Below are positions 52,691 through 61,973 of a DNA stretch of 64,000 bases, piece by piece (within the stretch, counting starts at the first letter, position 1; each line of letters starts with the position of its first letter). Source of the stretch: an uncultured Steroidobacteraceae bacterium (GTDB lineage: Bacteria > Pseudomonadota > Gammaproteobacteria > Steroidobacterales > Steroidobacteraceae); NCBI GenBank assembly GCA_964473595.1, contig CAYYQQ010000001.1:15231-79230 (forward strand), written 5' to 3'. The position numbers were made by a program, and so were the translations under genes. The notes beneath the pieces were generated by a model. The model ran no database searches. It saw nothing but the letters and a program-made list of their open reading frames with translations, and had not been told where the DNA came from.

Positions 52691-53703
52691 GTCGCATTGT
52701 CTCTCAGGTTGGACGCGGCCGACTCGGGCGTCAGGTCGCGTTGCGGCATACCGAGCATTTCGAAGCCGACAAGGTACTTGCGGATCGTGGCCGAACGCAA
52801 AAGCGGCGGATAGATGTGCGCGTGCAGCTGCCACTCGGGGTGTGCCTGCCCGTCGCTGGGGCGCGCATGAAAGCCCATCGAATAGGGAACCTGCGTCTGG
52901 AACAGGCGATTGCAGGCGCGCAGGGTGCGTTGAAGCACGTCGGTGTATCCCGCCAGTTCTGCGTCGCTGAATTCGTCGAGCCCAGCCATGGCGCGTCGCG
53001 GCAAGATCATCGTTTCATAGGGCCAGATCGCCCAGAACGGCACCATCGCCACGGCAAATTCATTCGCGCAGACAATCCGGATGCCGGCTTCCAGTTCGGC
53101 TTTCACGTAGTCCAGCAGCAGAGATCGCCCGTGCTGCTGGAAATAGCGGCGCTGTGACTCCAGTTCCTTGCCTGGCTCGTCAGGCAGGCTGCTGGTCGCC
53201 CAGATCTGCGCGTGCGGATGATGATTGCTGCAACCCATCATCCGGCCGCGATTTTCGAATACCTGCGCATGAGCAATGTCGTCGCGACGGTCCAGCTGCC
53301 GCCACTCCTCGCTCAGGAACCGCAGCGCACGGCAGGCCTGCTCCGGCGCCATGTCGGCAAGGCACAGGTCGTGACGCTCCGAGAAGCACACCACGCGGCA
53401 AACGCCAGTCTCCGGCTCGCTGACAAAAAAATTGTGTCTGGCCGCAGCGCCGGAGCTCGACGCGGACAGGGCGGGGAAATCGTTGTCGAATGCAAATGGA
53501 CCGGAATAGGCCGGATTGTGCGTGCCGGCGGCGCGCGCATTGCCCGGGCAGAGATAGCAGTCCGTGTCATAGCTCGGCAGGACTTGCGACTCGTCCGCCT
53601 CGATCTGCCCCTGCCAGGGGCGCAGGGAGCGGTGTGGCGATACGAGTACCCATTCGCCGGTGAGCAGGTTCATTCTGCGATGCGAGTGTTGCTCCAGGCT
53701 CAT
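52687..53703 (-). CDS. galT: Galactose-1-phosphate uridylyltransferase
   Basis: RRMNLLTGEWVLVSPHR, zinc site CYLCPGN, and active site CSNHHPHAQIWA (HPH-x-Q). 338 aa from ATG 53703. Confidence 0.9.
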   Translation of the reverse strand: MSLEQHSHRRMNLLTGEWVLVSPHRSLRPWQGQIEADESQVLPSYDTDCYLCPGNARAAGTHNPAYSGPFAFDNDFPALSASSSGAAARHNFFVSEPETGVCRVVCFSERHDLCLADMAPEQACRALRFLSEEWRQLDRRDDIAHAQVFENRGRMMGCSNHHPHAQIWATSSLPDEPGKELESQRRYFQQHGRSLLLDYVKAELEAGIRIVCANEFAVAMVPFWAIWPYETMILPRRAMAGLDEFSDAELAGYTDVLQRTLRACNRLFQTQVPYSMGFHARPSDGQAHPEWQLHAHIYPPLLRSATIRKYLVGFEMLGMPQRDLTPESAASNLRDNAT

Positions 53704-54920
53704 TGCCGGCCCCCGTCCGCCGCGCGCGGGTTCATCATCACCTCGCATGCGGCGCCAGCAGTCTCGACCAGATAATGCCAGGGTTGTTTTCCCAGCAGGG
53801 TCGTTGATCCGTCGATGATTGCCTGCATCGTGCGATCGTGTTCCGCAGATGCGAGCAGCGACAGCATGCAGCCGCCAAATCCGGCACCCACCATGCGCGC
53901 ACCCAGAACTCCCGGGCAACGATTGGCATTCTCAACCAGGGCATCAAGTTCCGGGCAACTGACCTCGAAATCATCACGCAGACTGGCGTGGGAGGCATTG
54001 ATCAGGGCTCCCAGTTCGTTGACGGCGCCACTGCGCATTGCTGCATACGCCAGGCGGACGCGCTGGATTTCGCTCACTACGTGCCGGCAGCGGCGATAGA
54101 GCGCATCGTTCAGCAATGACCTGGCCTCCTCGATCTGCGTCAAACTGGCGTCGCGCAGCGCCTGAATGGCGGGCCAGCGGTCCTTCAGCAGCCGCAGGCC
54201 CTCCGCACATTCTGCACGTCTGCGATTGAAAGCGCCGTCCTGCAGCTGGCGGCGCACACCACTGTGGATCACGAGAATCCGCGCGGCCGGTGGCAGGGCA
54301 ACAGACTGGTGCGTGACTGAACGGCAGTCGAGCAGCGTTGCCATGCCCTGATGGCCGCAGGCGATCGCGTACTGGTCCATGATGCCGCAGCCCACGCCAA
54401 CGAAATCCACCTCCGCACGCTGGCACATCAGCGCCAGTTGCCTGGCTTCCACGTCGATACCAGCCACTGCCAATAAAGCGAGGGCGAGGGATACTTCCAG
54501 CGACGCGGAGGAGCTCAGGCCCCCGCCAAGGGGGATGTCGCCCTGGATCAGCACGTCCGCACCCTGTAGCTGCAATCCTGCCGAACGAAGCGAAGCAACC
54601 ACGGCCACGACGTAGTCAGACCACCGCCCACCCCGTGTTGTCACCGGGCGATCGACGTCTACCTGGGTCTGTTCGTCAAAGTGCGACGAGTACACACGCA
54701 GGCTACGATCCTGGCGCGGGGCGATGGCGACCCACGAGTACAGCCCGATTGCGACGGGGAGTACCAGGCCGTCATTGAAATCCGTGTACTCGCCAATGAT
54801 ATTGACCCGCGCCGGTGCACGGAACAAGCGCGGTTGCGCGCCGAATCTGGCAACGAATTCCGCGGCCACGGATTCCGGACCATGCGCCGTGGATCTGGCC
54901 ACTGCTGCGCCCGGCGTCAT
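53700..54920 (-). CDS. galK: Galactokinase
   Basis: Galactokinase signature RAPARVNIIGEYTDFNDG and GHMP ATP motif PLGGGLSSSASL. ATGA overlaps at both ends. Confidence 0.9.
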   Translation of the reverse strand: MTPGAAVARSTAHGPESVAAEFVARFGAQPRLFRAPARVNIIGEYTDFNDGLVLPVAIGLYSWVAIAPRQDRSLRVYSSHFDEQTQVDVDRPVTTRGGRWSDYVVAVVASLRSAGLQLQGADVLIQGDIPLGGGLSSSASLEVSLALALLAVAGIDVEARQLALMCQRAEVDFVGVGCGIMDQYAIACGHQGMATLLDCRSVTHQSVALPPAARILVIHSGVRRQLQDGAFNRRRAECAEGLRLLKDRWPAIQALRDASLTQIEEARSLLNDALYRRCRHVVSEIQRVRLAYAAMRSGAVNELGALINASHASLRDDFEVSCPELDALVENANRCPGVLGARMVGAGFGGCMLSLLASAEHDRTMQAIIDGSTTLLGKQPWHYLVETAGAACEVMMNPRAADGGRQ

Positions 54921-55999
54921 GCTTTCGCAGCCGCTGGCGTTGGGTCGAGACTCACTTCCAGTGACCACTCCCGTCGTTCGCCCGGCCGGAGGAATGCGAC
55001 CACATCAGTTGCCAGGGCTTGAGAGAGGCTGTCGCATGGCGCTGTCGAGGGCTCCAGGCCGAGATTCAGGTATGGGCTTCCGGTGGAGCCGGACCAGCCA
55101 CGGTTATTGAGCCACAATCCCAGCCAGGGTACGAGTGTGCTGTCATAGCGCATTGTGAGTTGCTCGCTGCCGTCTACCGACCCGACACCCACTTGACCGG
55201 GCAAGGTCGAGCGAACGAATACCTTGGCGGCAAATGTCTCACCGCCTTGCGGCTCACTGAAGCAGGCGGACAGGTTGATTGGCCGGCCCGAAGCGGTTGG
55301 CAACCAGGGCCACCGAATCGGGCCGTGGCTGTTTGCGCTGCACATTCCATGCACTGAAGAGACAAGAATTTCCTGACCTTCAGGAATGTGTATCAGCATG
55401 CCGGGCTCCATGGCAATCAACGGATGCGCGCACCAGAACCATGGGACGGTCGTTGATCCGGTGTTTTCAAGGCGATAATCCACTCGGAAGAGCGGCTGAT
55501 CCGACTCGAGCACCACGGTGCGACGCCAGGCATAGTCGAGGGCCTTGCCCGATGCCGTCAGCGCGCAAGCAGGGTTGCCGCGATCATCGACGCCCAGTTG
55601 ATCAACATCCCATGACTGCCCGACCAGGTCGCCGTGATCGGGAACGTCACAACGCGTGCCATCCGGCAATTCAACCTGCCCTGGCGTCACGGACAGAAGG
55701 ATGTCATCCCATCCGCCGGAATCGAGTACGGCATCGAAGTTGTCGCCGTAAGCCGGTCGCCCGGGCGGCAATCCAGGATTCCTCCACAGCCAGTTTCTGC
55801 CGGATCGCCGATCCGTTATCTCGATGATCTTTCCGGCGACTTCTGGAAGAATCGAGATGCGCATTGACTGGTTTTGCAGGCGGATCCTGCGCAGTCCGCC
55901 ATTCCAAAGGTCTTCACTGAATCCTGCCAGGGCCATGTACGAAATCCGTCGGTGCGGGAGGGTCTTGCTGCTCAGATCGTTGCTGATGGCGGACAGCAA
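54917..55999 (-). CDS. Aldose 1-epimerase (galactose mutarotase-like) superfamily protein; start uncertain (TTG 55999 or ATG 55936)
   Basis: RIRLQNQSMRISILPEVAGKIIEI, PDHGDLVGQSW, WCAHPLI, and LGLEPSTAP fit the mutarotase-fold pattern. First gene of the Leloir operon. Confidence 0.5.
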   Translation of the reverse strand: MLSAISNDLSSKTLPHRRISYMALAGFSEDLWNGGLRRIRLQNQSMRISILPEVAGKIIEITDRRSGRNWLWRNPGLPPGRPAYGDNFDAVLDSGGWDDILLSVTPGQVELPDGTRCDVPDHGDLVGQSWDVDQLGVDDRGNPACALTASGKALDYAWRRTVVLESDQPLFRVDYRLENTGSTTVPWFWCAHPLIAMEPGMLIHIPEGQEILVSSVHGMCSANSHGPIRWPWLPTASGRPINLSACFSEPQGGETFAAKVFVRSTLPGQVGVGSVDGSEQLTMRYDSTLVPWLGLWLNNRGWSGSTGSPYLNLGLEPSTAPCDSLSQALATDVVAFLRPGERREWSLEVSLDPTPAAAKA

Positions 56000-56108
56000 G
56001 TATAGAGCCCCTGCATTTCGTGCAGCCGGCTCGACGTGCGGCGGAATTCGAAGGCCAGTTACTCACCGCGGTGATCGCCGGTCGTAGCGGGCCTGGGCCC
56101 GCCAGCCC

Positions 56109-57536
56109 CTACTCAGGTTCGATGTAAAGATCCGCGATCCGATCGTCCGGCGCCAGGGCGACCTGAACGCGAAGCGTTCGCGATCCAAAGTGCGCGGCGT
56201 AGGTGGATACTCGATCGTCGCCCAGTTCCCGGCGGTCCAGCAGCTCCAGGCGCTCCAACGCACCGAGCGTCTGCAGCAGTTGCGCATATCCGCCGATCAG
56301 CTCAAGGAAACCGCGGTTCGCGTAGCGCAATTGCTGTTCAGGCAGCTTGCCCCCGGCAACGGCGTCAAGCAACCCGCGAACGCGCGCGGCAGTGGCAGGG
56401 TCGCTGTCCGGAATGGGCGTGGCAGGCCGTATCTTCGCAATTGCTGGATCGAAAATCGCGGCGATGCCATCAACGAAGCGCGAGGGCTCCGCATCGATCA
56501 GATTGGCAAGCACGACGATCGTGAGATCATCTTTGCGGTATCGGGAGATATAGGCCCTGAAGCCCTGCGAACTGCCTGAATGATGAAACCAGGGCCCGCC
56601 GTTTGACTCGTCGATGGACCAGCCGAAACCGTACGGATATGACTTGCCGCTGCTGAGCCTGACCGGCGCATGGATCTGCGCCCAGCTCTCAGCCGAGAGA
56701 ATCGCTCCAGACCGCAAACCACGGTCCCAGGCAGCAAAGTCTGCGAGGCTGAAATAGAGCGATCCATCTGCGGTCGTATTCACCGATGGGGCGTACCATT
56801 CCTGGTTCTTGATCTCGCCATTAACGAGGCGGTAGCCCGCCGCACGGTTGGGGACGATGTCTTCGTCACTGATGACCCGTGCCGTCCTCATCCCGAGCGG
56901 CGCGAATACACGCTCCTTCAGGACATCGCCGTAGAACCGGCCGGACACGCGGCGGACGAGATAGCCGAGCAGGACGTAGCCGGTGTTGCTGTAGTGCCAT
57001 CGCGAGCCTGGCTCGAATTCGAGAGGCAGGCCATAAATCGCCTTGGTCATCTCCTCTTCCGTGTAGTCCCGCCGCACATCGAATACGTCCGTTCCGCCAT
57101 TCCACAGGCCGTCGAAATAATCCTGGATTCCGGAGGTATGCGTCAGCAGGTGGCGAACCGTGATCGGGCGCCAGCTTTCCGGCGCATCGGTGAAGTACTT
57201 CGTGATGGAATCATCGAGCGAAAGCTTGCCGTCTTCCACCTGCAGCATCACGGCAACGGCGGTGAACTGCTTACCGACCGATCCTGACTGGAACACGGTC
57301 TCGCTGGTCACTGGCACCTGATGTTCGATGTTTGAGTCGCCGTAGCCCTTCGCGATGAGGACCTGGCCTTTGCGAAAGATGCCAATGGCAGCGCCGGGCA
57401 TCTGCTGCCGGCGCATTTCCGCAGCGACAAACTCGTCCACCTCCCTGGCGAAGCCGGCGGGGACCGGCGTGTCTGCCGCCCTGCAGCCCATCGCAAGGGC
57501 GTAAAGAACCGCGCCCGCTACCCACACGACCTTCAT
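56109..57536 (-). CDS. Serine hydrolase, class C beta-lactamase / D-aminopeptidase-like family, probable lipoprotein
   Basis: Leader MKVVWVAGAVLYALAMGC. SxxK motif SGSVGKQFT and YxN motif HYSNTGY. Confidence 0.85.
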   Translation of the reverse strand: MKVVWVAGAVLYALAMGCRAADTPVPAGFAREVDEFVAAEMRRQQMPGAAIGIFRKGQVLIAKGYGDSNIEHQVPVTSETVFQSGSVGKQFTAVAVMLQVEDGKLSLDDSITKYFTDAPESWRPITVRHLLTHTSGIQDYFDGLWNGGTDVFDVRRDYTEEEMTKAIYGLPLEFEPGSRWHYSNTGYVLLGYLVRRVSGRFYGDVLKERVFAPLGMRTARVISDEDIVPNRAAGYRLVNGEIKNQEWYAPSVNTTADGSLYFSLADFAAWDRGLRSGAILSAESWAQIHAPVRLSSGKSYPYGFGWSIDESNGGPWFHHSGSSQGFRAYISRYRKDDLTIVVLANLIDAEPSRFVDGIAAIFDPAIAKIRPATPIPDSDPATAARVRGLLDAVAGGKLPEQQLRYANRGFLELIGGYAQLLQTLGALERLELLDRRELGDDRVSTYAAHFGSRTLRVQVALAPDDRIADLYIEPE

Positions 57537-57556
57537 GCCGGCATCCGTTCGCGCCT

Positions 57557-59068
57557 TCACGGCCGGATGACAGCCGTATTCTTCACGAAGCTGACATTCA
57601 GCTTCGGCAATCCAAATGCCTTCGTCTGATCGGTGACCTGCCCAAAGATCGCGGCCGCCGTCCCCGCATCCGTCACCGACCGGGGAATGCCGCTCTCCGT
57701 GAGCTTTGCGCCGTAGCCTCCCTCGACCGGATGCAACACGATCTGCGACAGCTGATTGCCCTCGAACCGGCAACTGGCGATGACACTCTGGAAGGTGAAG
57801 GCGTTTGCGAAATAGGCCTTGTTCAAGGGCGCGGTCAAATCGTATTCGGTCGCCTTCTCCGGGAATTCCCAGGACTTCGTGAGCAGCGCGCGGTTGGCCT
57901 GAAAAAGATCGTGCGGCAGCAGTTCTTGGACATCACTCCAGAAAAAATTGCCGAGTCCGTAGAAGATCGGCCGGTAGCCCCGCGCCGGGGACTGGTAGAT
58001 CTCGATCGGGCCGAGATTGTGATTTCCGGTGACGACGAAGATATCCGCGCCGGAATCGATGGCATCCCGCGCCAGCTGTTTCAGGAAATTGCCCGGGCCG
58101 AGCGGCGAATCGTCACGATCGCAGCCCGTCGAACATTCATGGGAATGAATGGACACGATGACGAAATCGGCATTCTCCTGCGCTGAGCGAATGCTCCTGT
58201 AGATGTCCGCGAGGTCCTCCGGATCCATGGAATATTCGTACGAGAACGCAGCGGCCTGGCGGTATTTCGTGCCAAAGAGCCGGCCTTCGGTGGGCGATTC
58301 ACCGCAGTTCCGGCCGTGCAGCGCGCACTCGGCTTCCGCGAGCGGCTTGATGGCCGCTGGCGGAACGTCGACGACCGGCGTCAGATGCAGCGCGCTGATG
58401 CCGGGCCGCCCGGGCGATGCTCCGGACCCGGGCAGCGATTCGGTCGTCGGTCGAAATGTCGACGCCAATGAGACGAGCGCCACGCGCCCCGCGGTGCTTT
58501 CGAAATACTGCGGCGCCCGTGCCAGTCCATGCGTCTCGCCGGCACCGGCGTGGACTATGCCGGCTTCATCCAGCCACCGGCCGGTCTCGCGCATGCCCTC
58601 GAGGCCCCAGTCCATTGCGTGATTGTTGGCTCGGGAGACCATCGTGAAGCCCATGGCCCTGAGATCCCGCGCAACTGCAGGCACCGACGAATTGGTCCAG
58701 TCGCCTTCCCACGAATACGGCGAACCCTTGAACGATCGTTCGTCGAAAATCGTCGTCTCCAGATTCCCAAAGGTGACGTCGGCTTGCTTGAGAAGATCCA
58801 GCACGGCGCTGAAAGCCGGCAGTCGCGCCGCGTACTGCGACAGTGAACGCGAAATGATCAAGTCACCGACGGACGTGACCACGAAGCCATCCGGCACGCT
58901 CGCCTGCAATTCTCGCCCTAGCGGGCGCACGGCGTCGAATTGGGTCGCGTCCTTGACTACCGGATCGCCGGGGCCAAAGCGGGATTCCTGCGCATGCGTG
59001 CCCGGGCCGACGATGGTGAGTGAAATGCAGGCTGCAAACGCGACCAGCAGTTTTCTAGTCATGCCCAT
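57557..59068 (-). CDS. CapA family (PGA-capsule-synthesis-like metallophosphatase fold) protein, secreted
   Basis: Signal peptide MGMTRKLLVAFAACISLTIVGPGTHAQ. GNLET, SRANNHAMDWG, HSHE, and TGNHNL motifs. Confidence 0.7.
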   Translation of the reverse strand: MGMTRKLLVAFAACISLTIVGPGTHAQESRFGPGDPVVKDATQFDAVRPLGRELQASVPDGFVVTSVGDLIISRSLSQYAARLPAFSAVLDLLKQADVTFGNLETTIFDERSFKGSPYSWEGDWTNSSVPAVARDLRAMGFTMVSRANNHAMDWGLEGMRETGRWLDEAGIVHAGAGETHGLARAPQYFESTAGRVALVSLASTFRPTTESLPGSGASPGRPGISALHLTPVVDVPPAAIKPLAEAECALHGRNCGESPTEGRLFGTKYRQAAAFSYEYSMDPEDLADIYRSIRSAQENADFVIVSIHSHECSTGCDRDDSPLGPGNFLKQLARDAIDSGADIFVVTGNHNLGPIEIYQSPARGYRPIFYGLGNFFWSDVQELLPHDLFQANRALLTKSWEFPEKATEYDLTAPLNKAYFANAFTFQSVIASCRFEGNQLSQIVLHPVEGGYGAKLTESGIPRSVTDAGTAAAIFGQVTDQTKAFGLPKLNVSFVKNTAVIRP

Positions 59069-59112
59069 TTGGCTCCTGTCCGGAAGGCTTGCCAGCGTAA
59101 CCCCGCGCGGGC

Positions 59113-60333
59113 CTAGTCCAGCAGCTTCGCCTCATAGGGATACAGCGAAAGCACTGACGAGCCGTCGGCATTGACCCAGACTTCGTCCTCGAGTTTCACG
59201 CCGTCCTGCAGGCCGACTTTGCCGGCGTAGCATTCGACCGCCAGCACCATGTTCTCCCGGAATTCGCCTTCTGGCATGTCGGTGTCCGGGTCGCCCGGGA
59301 AGGGAATATTGGGCGGTTCATCGTCGGTGCCGATGCCATGGAGGATCACACCGTAATTCTGGGCCTGATAAGGCTCGGGCAGGACCGGACATCGGGCCGC
59401 GTATTCTGCATAACTCACGCCTGGCTTGATCAGCTCGATGCAGCCTTGCACGAAGTCATGGGCCACCTTGTAGGCCTCCTTTTGCGCGGGGCTCGCCTTG
59501 TCGCCGCACAAAAAGGTGCGCGAGATGTCGCAGGCGTAACCCTCGGGGCCGATCATGTCGGTATCGATCGCGACCAGATCGCCGGGGCGGACCAGCTTGC
59601 TGCCGGCTTCTTGAAGCCACGGGTTGGTCTTGTGGCCCGAGACGATCAGCCGGGTGGAGCAGTGCTCTCCGCCGAGCGCCAGCATGCGATGCCAGTAGGT
59701 CGCCAGCAGTTCATTCTCCGAGATGCCCGGATGGATGACCTGCTCCATGTCGAAGAGCGCCGCTTCCGCCACGGCGCACGACTGTCGCATCAACTCGATT
59801 TCGTCCGCAGTCTTTATGACGCGGGCGGACATGATGGCGTCGTCCGCGTCGGTGAGACGCAGACCCTCGTTCTGCAGGGCGGTGAAGCCGTAATAATCCA
59901 GGAGGTCGACGCCGATCTGCGCGTCGGCGAGGCCCCGTTCGCGCAACACCTCCCTGATCCCGGCCGCCCAGTTCGCGGCGATCCTGGTCGAGGCGCCGTC
60001 GGTGAAGCGGGCCTGCCAGAAAATCGAGGGGCGCACGTCCGGCCAGAACCACTTTGCCCGGAACTCAGCCCCGCCATATTCGAAGATGACCGGATCACCC
60101 TGGTCCGGCACGACGATGTAGTGCGCGAGGTTCACCGCCGTCCATAGCGGCATGACGCCGACTCCCGTGCAGTAGCGGATGTTCATGATGTCCGTGAGCA
60201 CCAGCGCGCCAATCTGGCGTGCCGCCATCTCACGCTGCACCTTGGCTAGCCGGTCGTGGCGCAACTGCATGAAGTCGACCACCGGCTCCATCAGTGTGTT
60301 GGCCTGGCCGATCAGGCGCTTGTCATGTTCCAC
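59113..60333 (-). CDS. M24 metallopeptidase-fold enzyme, DddP-like subgroup (candidate DMSP lyase; could also be another non-peptidase M24)
   Basis: Creatinase/prolidase N-domain plus pita-bread domain. The ligand pattern D-x-D-x9-D ... H ... E ... E (AIDTDMIGPEGYACDISR, LHGIG, AVE, LEDE) has spacings of 2, 10, 63, 35 and 15 residues. These are close to the DddP ligand set as I remember it. Confidence 0.5.
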   Translation of the reverse strand: MEHDKRLIGQANTLMEPVVDFMQLRHDRLAKVQREMAARQIGALVLTDIMNIRYCTGVGVMPLWTAVNLAHYIVVPDQGDPVIFEYGGAEFRAKWFWPDVRPSIFWQARFTDGASTRIAANWAAGIREVLRERGLADAQIGVDLLDYYGFTALQNEGLRLTDADDAIMSARVIKTADEIELMRQSCAVAEAALFDMEQVIHPGISENELLATYWHRMLALGGEHCSTRLIVSGHKTNPWLQEAGSKLVRPGDLVAIDTDMIGPEGYACDISRTFLCGDKASPAQKEAYKVAHDFVQGCIELIKPGVSYAEYAARCPVLPEPYQAQNYGVILHGIGTDDEPPNIPFPGDPDTDMPEGEFRENMVLAVECYAGKVGLQDGVKLEDEVWVNADGSSVLSLYPYEAKLLD

Positions 60334-60344
60334 GACGGCCGGAC

Positions 60345-61712
60345 TCAGTTGCCGCTGGGGCTGGGTAACAAACCGGCCAATGACGGCTGTTCACCCGGCC
60401 GCTTCACCAGCTTGCCGCCGATCATGACCATGGATACGCGCTCCAGTGCGCTGATATCGACCAGCGGATTGCCGGGCACGGCAATGATGTCGGCGAGCTT
60501 GCCGCGCTCGATGGTGCCCAGGCGATCGTCCCAGCGCAGCAGCTCGGCGGCTACGCGGGTACCGGCCTGGATCGCTTCCATCGGCGGTATTCCGGCCTCG
60601 ACGAAGACCGCGAATTCCCGCGCATAGAATGTCGGATCGGCGATGCCGGCGCCAAGGTCGAGTCCCACGACGACCTTGACACCCGCATGCTGGGCGCGCG
60701 CGATAGCAGCCAGGAACTTGCCGCGGTAATTCTTGATGTAGTCGTCGTTCTTGTCCTGCGCGCGCAGCCGGTCGCCTTCCGCGTAGTAGTCGCCGATATA
60801 CACCGTTGGCACGAGAAAGGTCCCGCGCTTCACCATCATGCTGATGGCCTCGTCGTCCATGTAGGTGCCGTGCTCGATGGACCGCACACCCGCTGCCACT
60901 GCCTGCTTGATGCCCTCGGTGGCATGGGCGTGGGCGGCAACCGGCACGCCGAGGCGATTGGCCTCGTCAACCGCTGCGCGCAGTTCCTCGGGGGAAAAAG
61001 CGACGTTACGCGGATCGTCGCCCACCGATTCGAAGGCGCCCGTGACCAGCAGCTTGATCCAGTCCGAGCCATACTTCACTTCCTGACGAACCGCCTTGCG
61101 GATTTCCTCGGGTCCATCGGCGATCAGCCCGTCCGCGCGCACCTGCTGCTCGGGAGACAGGTAGTTGACGTCTCCGCCACCGCCGGTGATCGAGATGTAA
61201 TGCGCTGCGCCGGTAAGGCGCGGGCCGATGAAAACGCCGGTATCAATGGCGCGGCGGATGTCCTGGTCGGCGTAGAACACGTCCGCATCGCCCACCACGC
61301 GCACGCTGGTCCAGCCTGCGAGCAACAGGCGCTGCAGCCCGGCCAGCCCCATCAGCGCCTTGAACGCCGAAGAGTTCTCGAGATGTGCGCTCTGGTAGTC
61401 GCTCGCAAACATCAGCGGATGTTCATGGGCGTTGATCATCCCGGGCATCAGCGTCGCATCGCCCAGCTCGACGATCTCGGCGCCCGGTGGAATGATCGAG
61501 CGATCGCCCACCGCGACGATGCGATCGCCGTCGACCAGCACCACACCATTGGTGATGGGCGTGGCACTGCGTCCGTCGATCAGGCGATCCGCAACCAGGG
61601 CCGTCGCGGCACGGGCAGAGCCGCTGAGCGCGAGCAGCGCGAGCACTGACGCAGTGACCAGTACGCGGCACGCGCACACCCTGCAAGTCAAATTGGGGGA
61701 AGCCTGTTGCAT
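60345..61712 (-). CDS. Secreted amidohydrolase (imidazolonepropionase/Xaa-Pro dipeptidase-like)
   Basis: Leader ...VLVTASVLALLALSGSARA. MINAHEHPL metal motif, VAAHAHA, and GKLADIIAV. ATG 61712 is preferred over the track's 61844. Confidence 0.8.
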   Translation of the reverse strand: MQQASPNLTCRVCACRVLVTASVLALLALSGSARAATALVADRLIDGRSATPITNGVVLVDGDRIVAVGDRSIIPPGAEIVELGDATLMPGMINAHEHPLMFASDYQSAHLENSSAFKALMGLAGLQRLLLAGWTSVRVVGDADVFYADQDIRRAIDTGVFIGPRLTGAAHYISITGGGGDVNYLSPEQQVRADGLIADGPEEIRKAVRQEVKYGSDWIKLLVTGAFESVGDDPRNVAFSPEELRAAVDEANRLGVPVAAHAHATEGIKQAVAAGVRSIEHGTYMDDEAISMMVKRGTFLVPTVYIGDYYAEGDRLRAQDKNDDYIKNYRGKFLAAIARAQHAGVKVVVGLDLGAGIADPTFYAREFAVFVEAGIPPMEAIQAGTRVAAELLRWDDRLGTIERGKLADIIAVPGNPLVDISALERVSMVMIGGKLVKRPGEQPSLAGLLPSPSGN

Positions 61713-61870
61713 GAGATTGTCCCGCCGAAGGCTGAGTATAGTTGGCGATATTGGAGGCGCAATGATAGCGCGGCGCAGGGCCCGCGGCGGTTGGGCGTAA
61801 GGATCAGGTCGGCTCGCCGTTCGTCCGCATCTCCGATTTGCCATACAGTATGGGTCGGAGGTGTGTCCGA

Positions 61871-61916
61871 AACCATGGACAACGCACGAGCTGAACAGTC
61901 GGTTCTATCCATGGTT
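61871..61916. promoter_or_regulatory. 9-bp inverted repeat AACCATGGA ... TCCATGGTT (28-nt spacer) upstream of the PNPOx-like gene
   Basis: Arms at 61871-61879 and 61908-61916, 58 bp upstream of ATG 61974, in the divergent intergenic region. Confidence 0.25.
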
Positions 61917-61973
61917 CTGCTACCGGCCATTGCGCTCACCCCGGTTCCGATTTTCACGCATGAATGAGGACTT

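Noticed and set aside
56087-56102. GC-rich dyad GCGGGCC-TG-GGCCCGC just downstream of the serine-hydrolase stop, considered as a terminator
   Set aside because: The loop is too small as drawn (about 6-bp effective stem), and no U-run follows on the transcribed strand. The evidence is insufficient.
59113-60333. Creatinase assignment for the M24 protein, which would neatly feed the sarcosine oxidase
   Set aside because: An intact acidic/His metal-ligand set is present, whereas creatinase is metal-independent. The creatinase blocks I remember are absent. It is kept only as an alternative to test.
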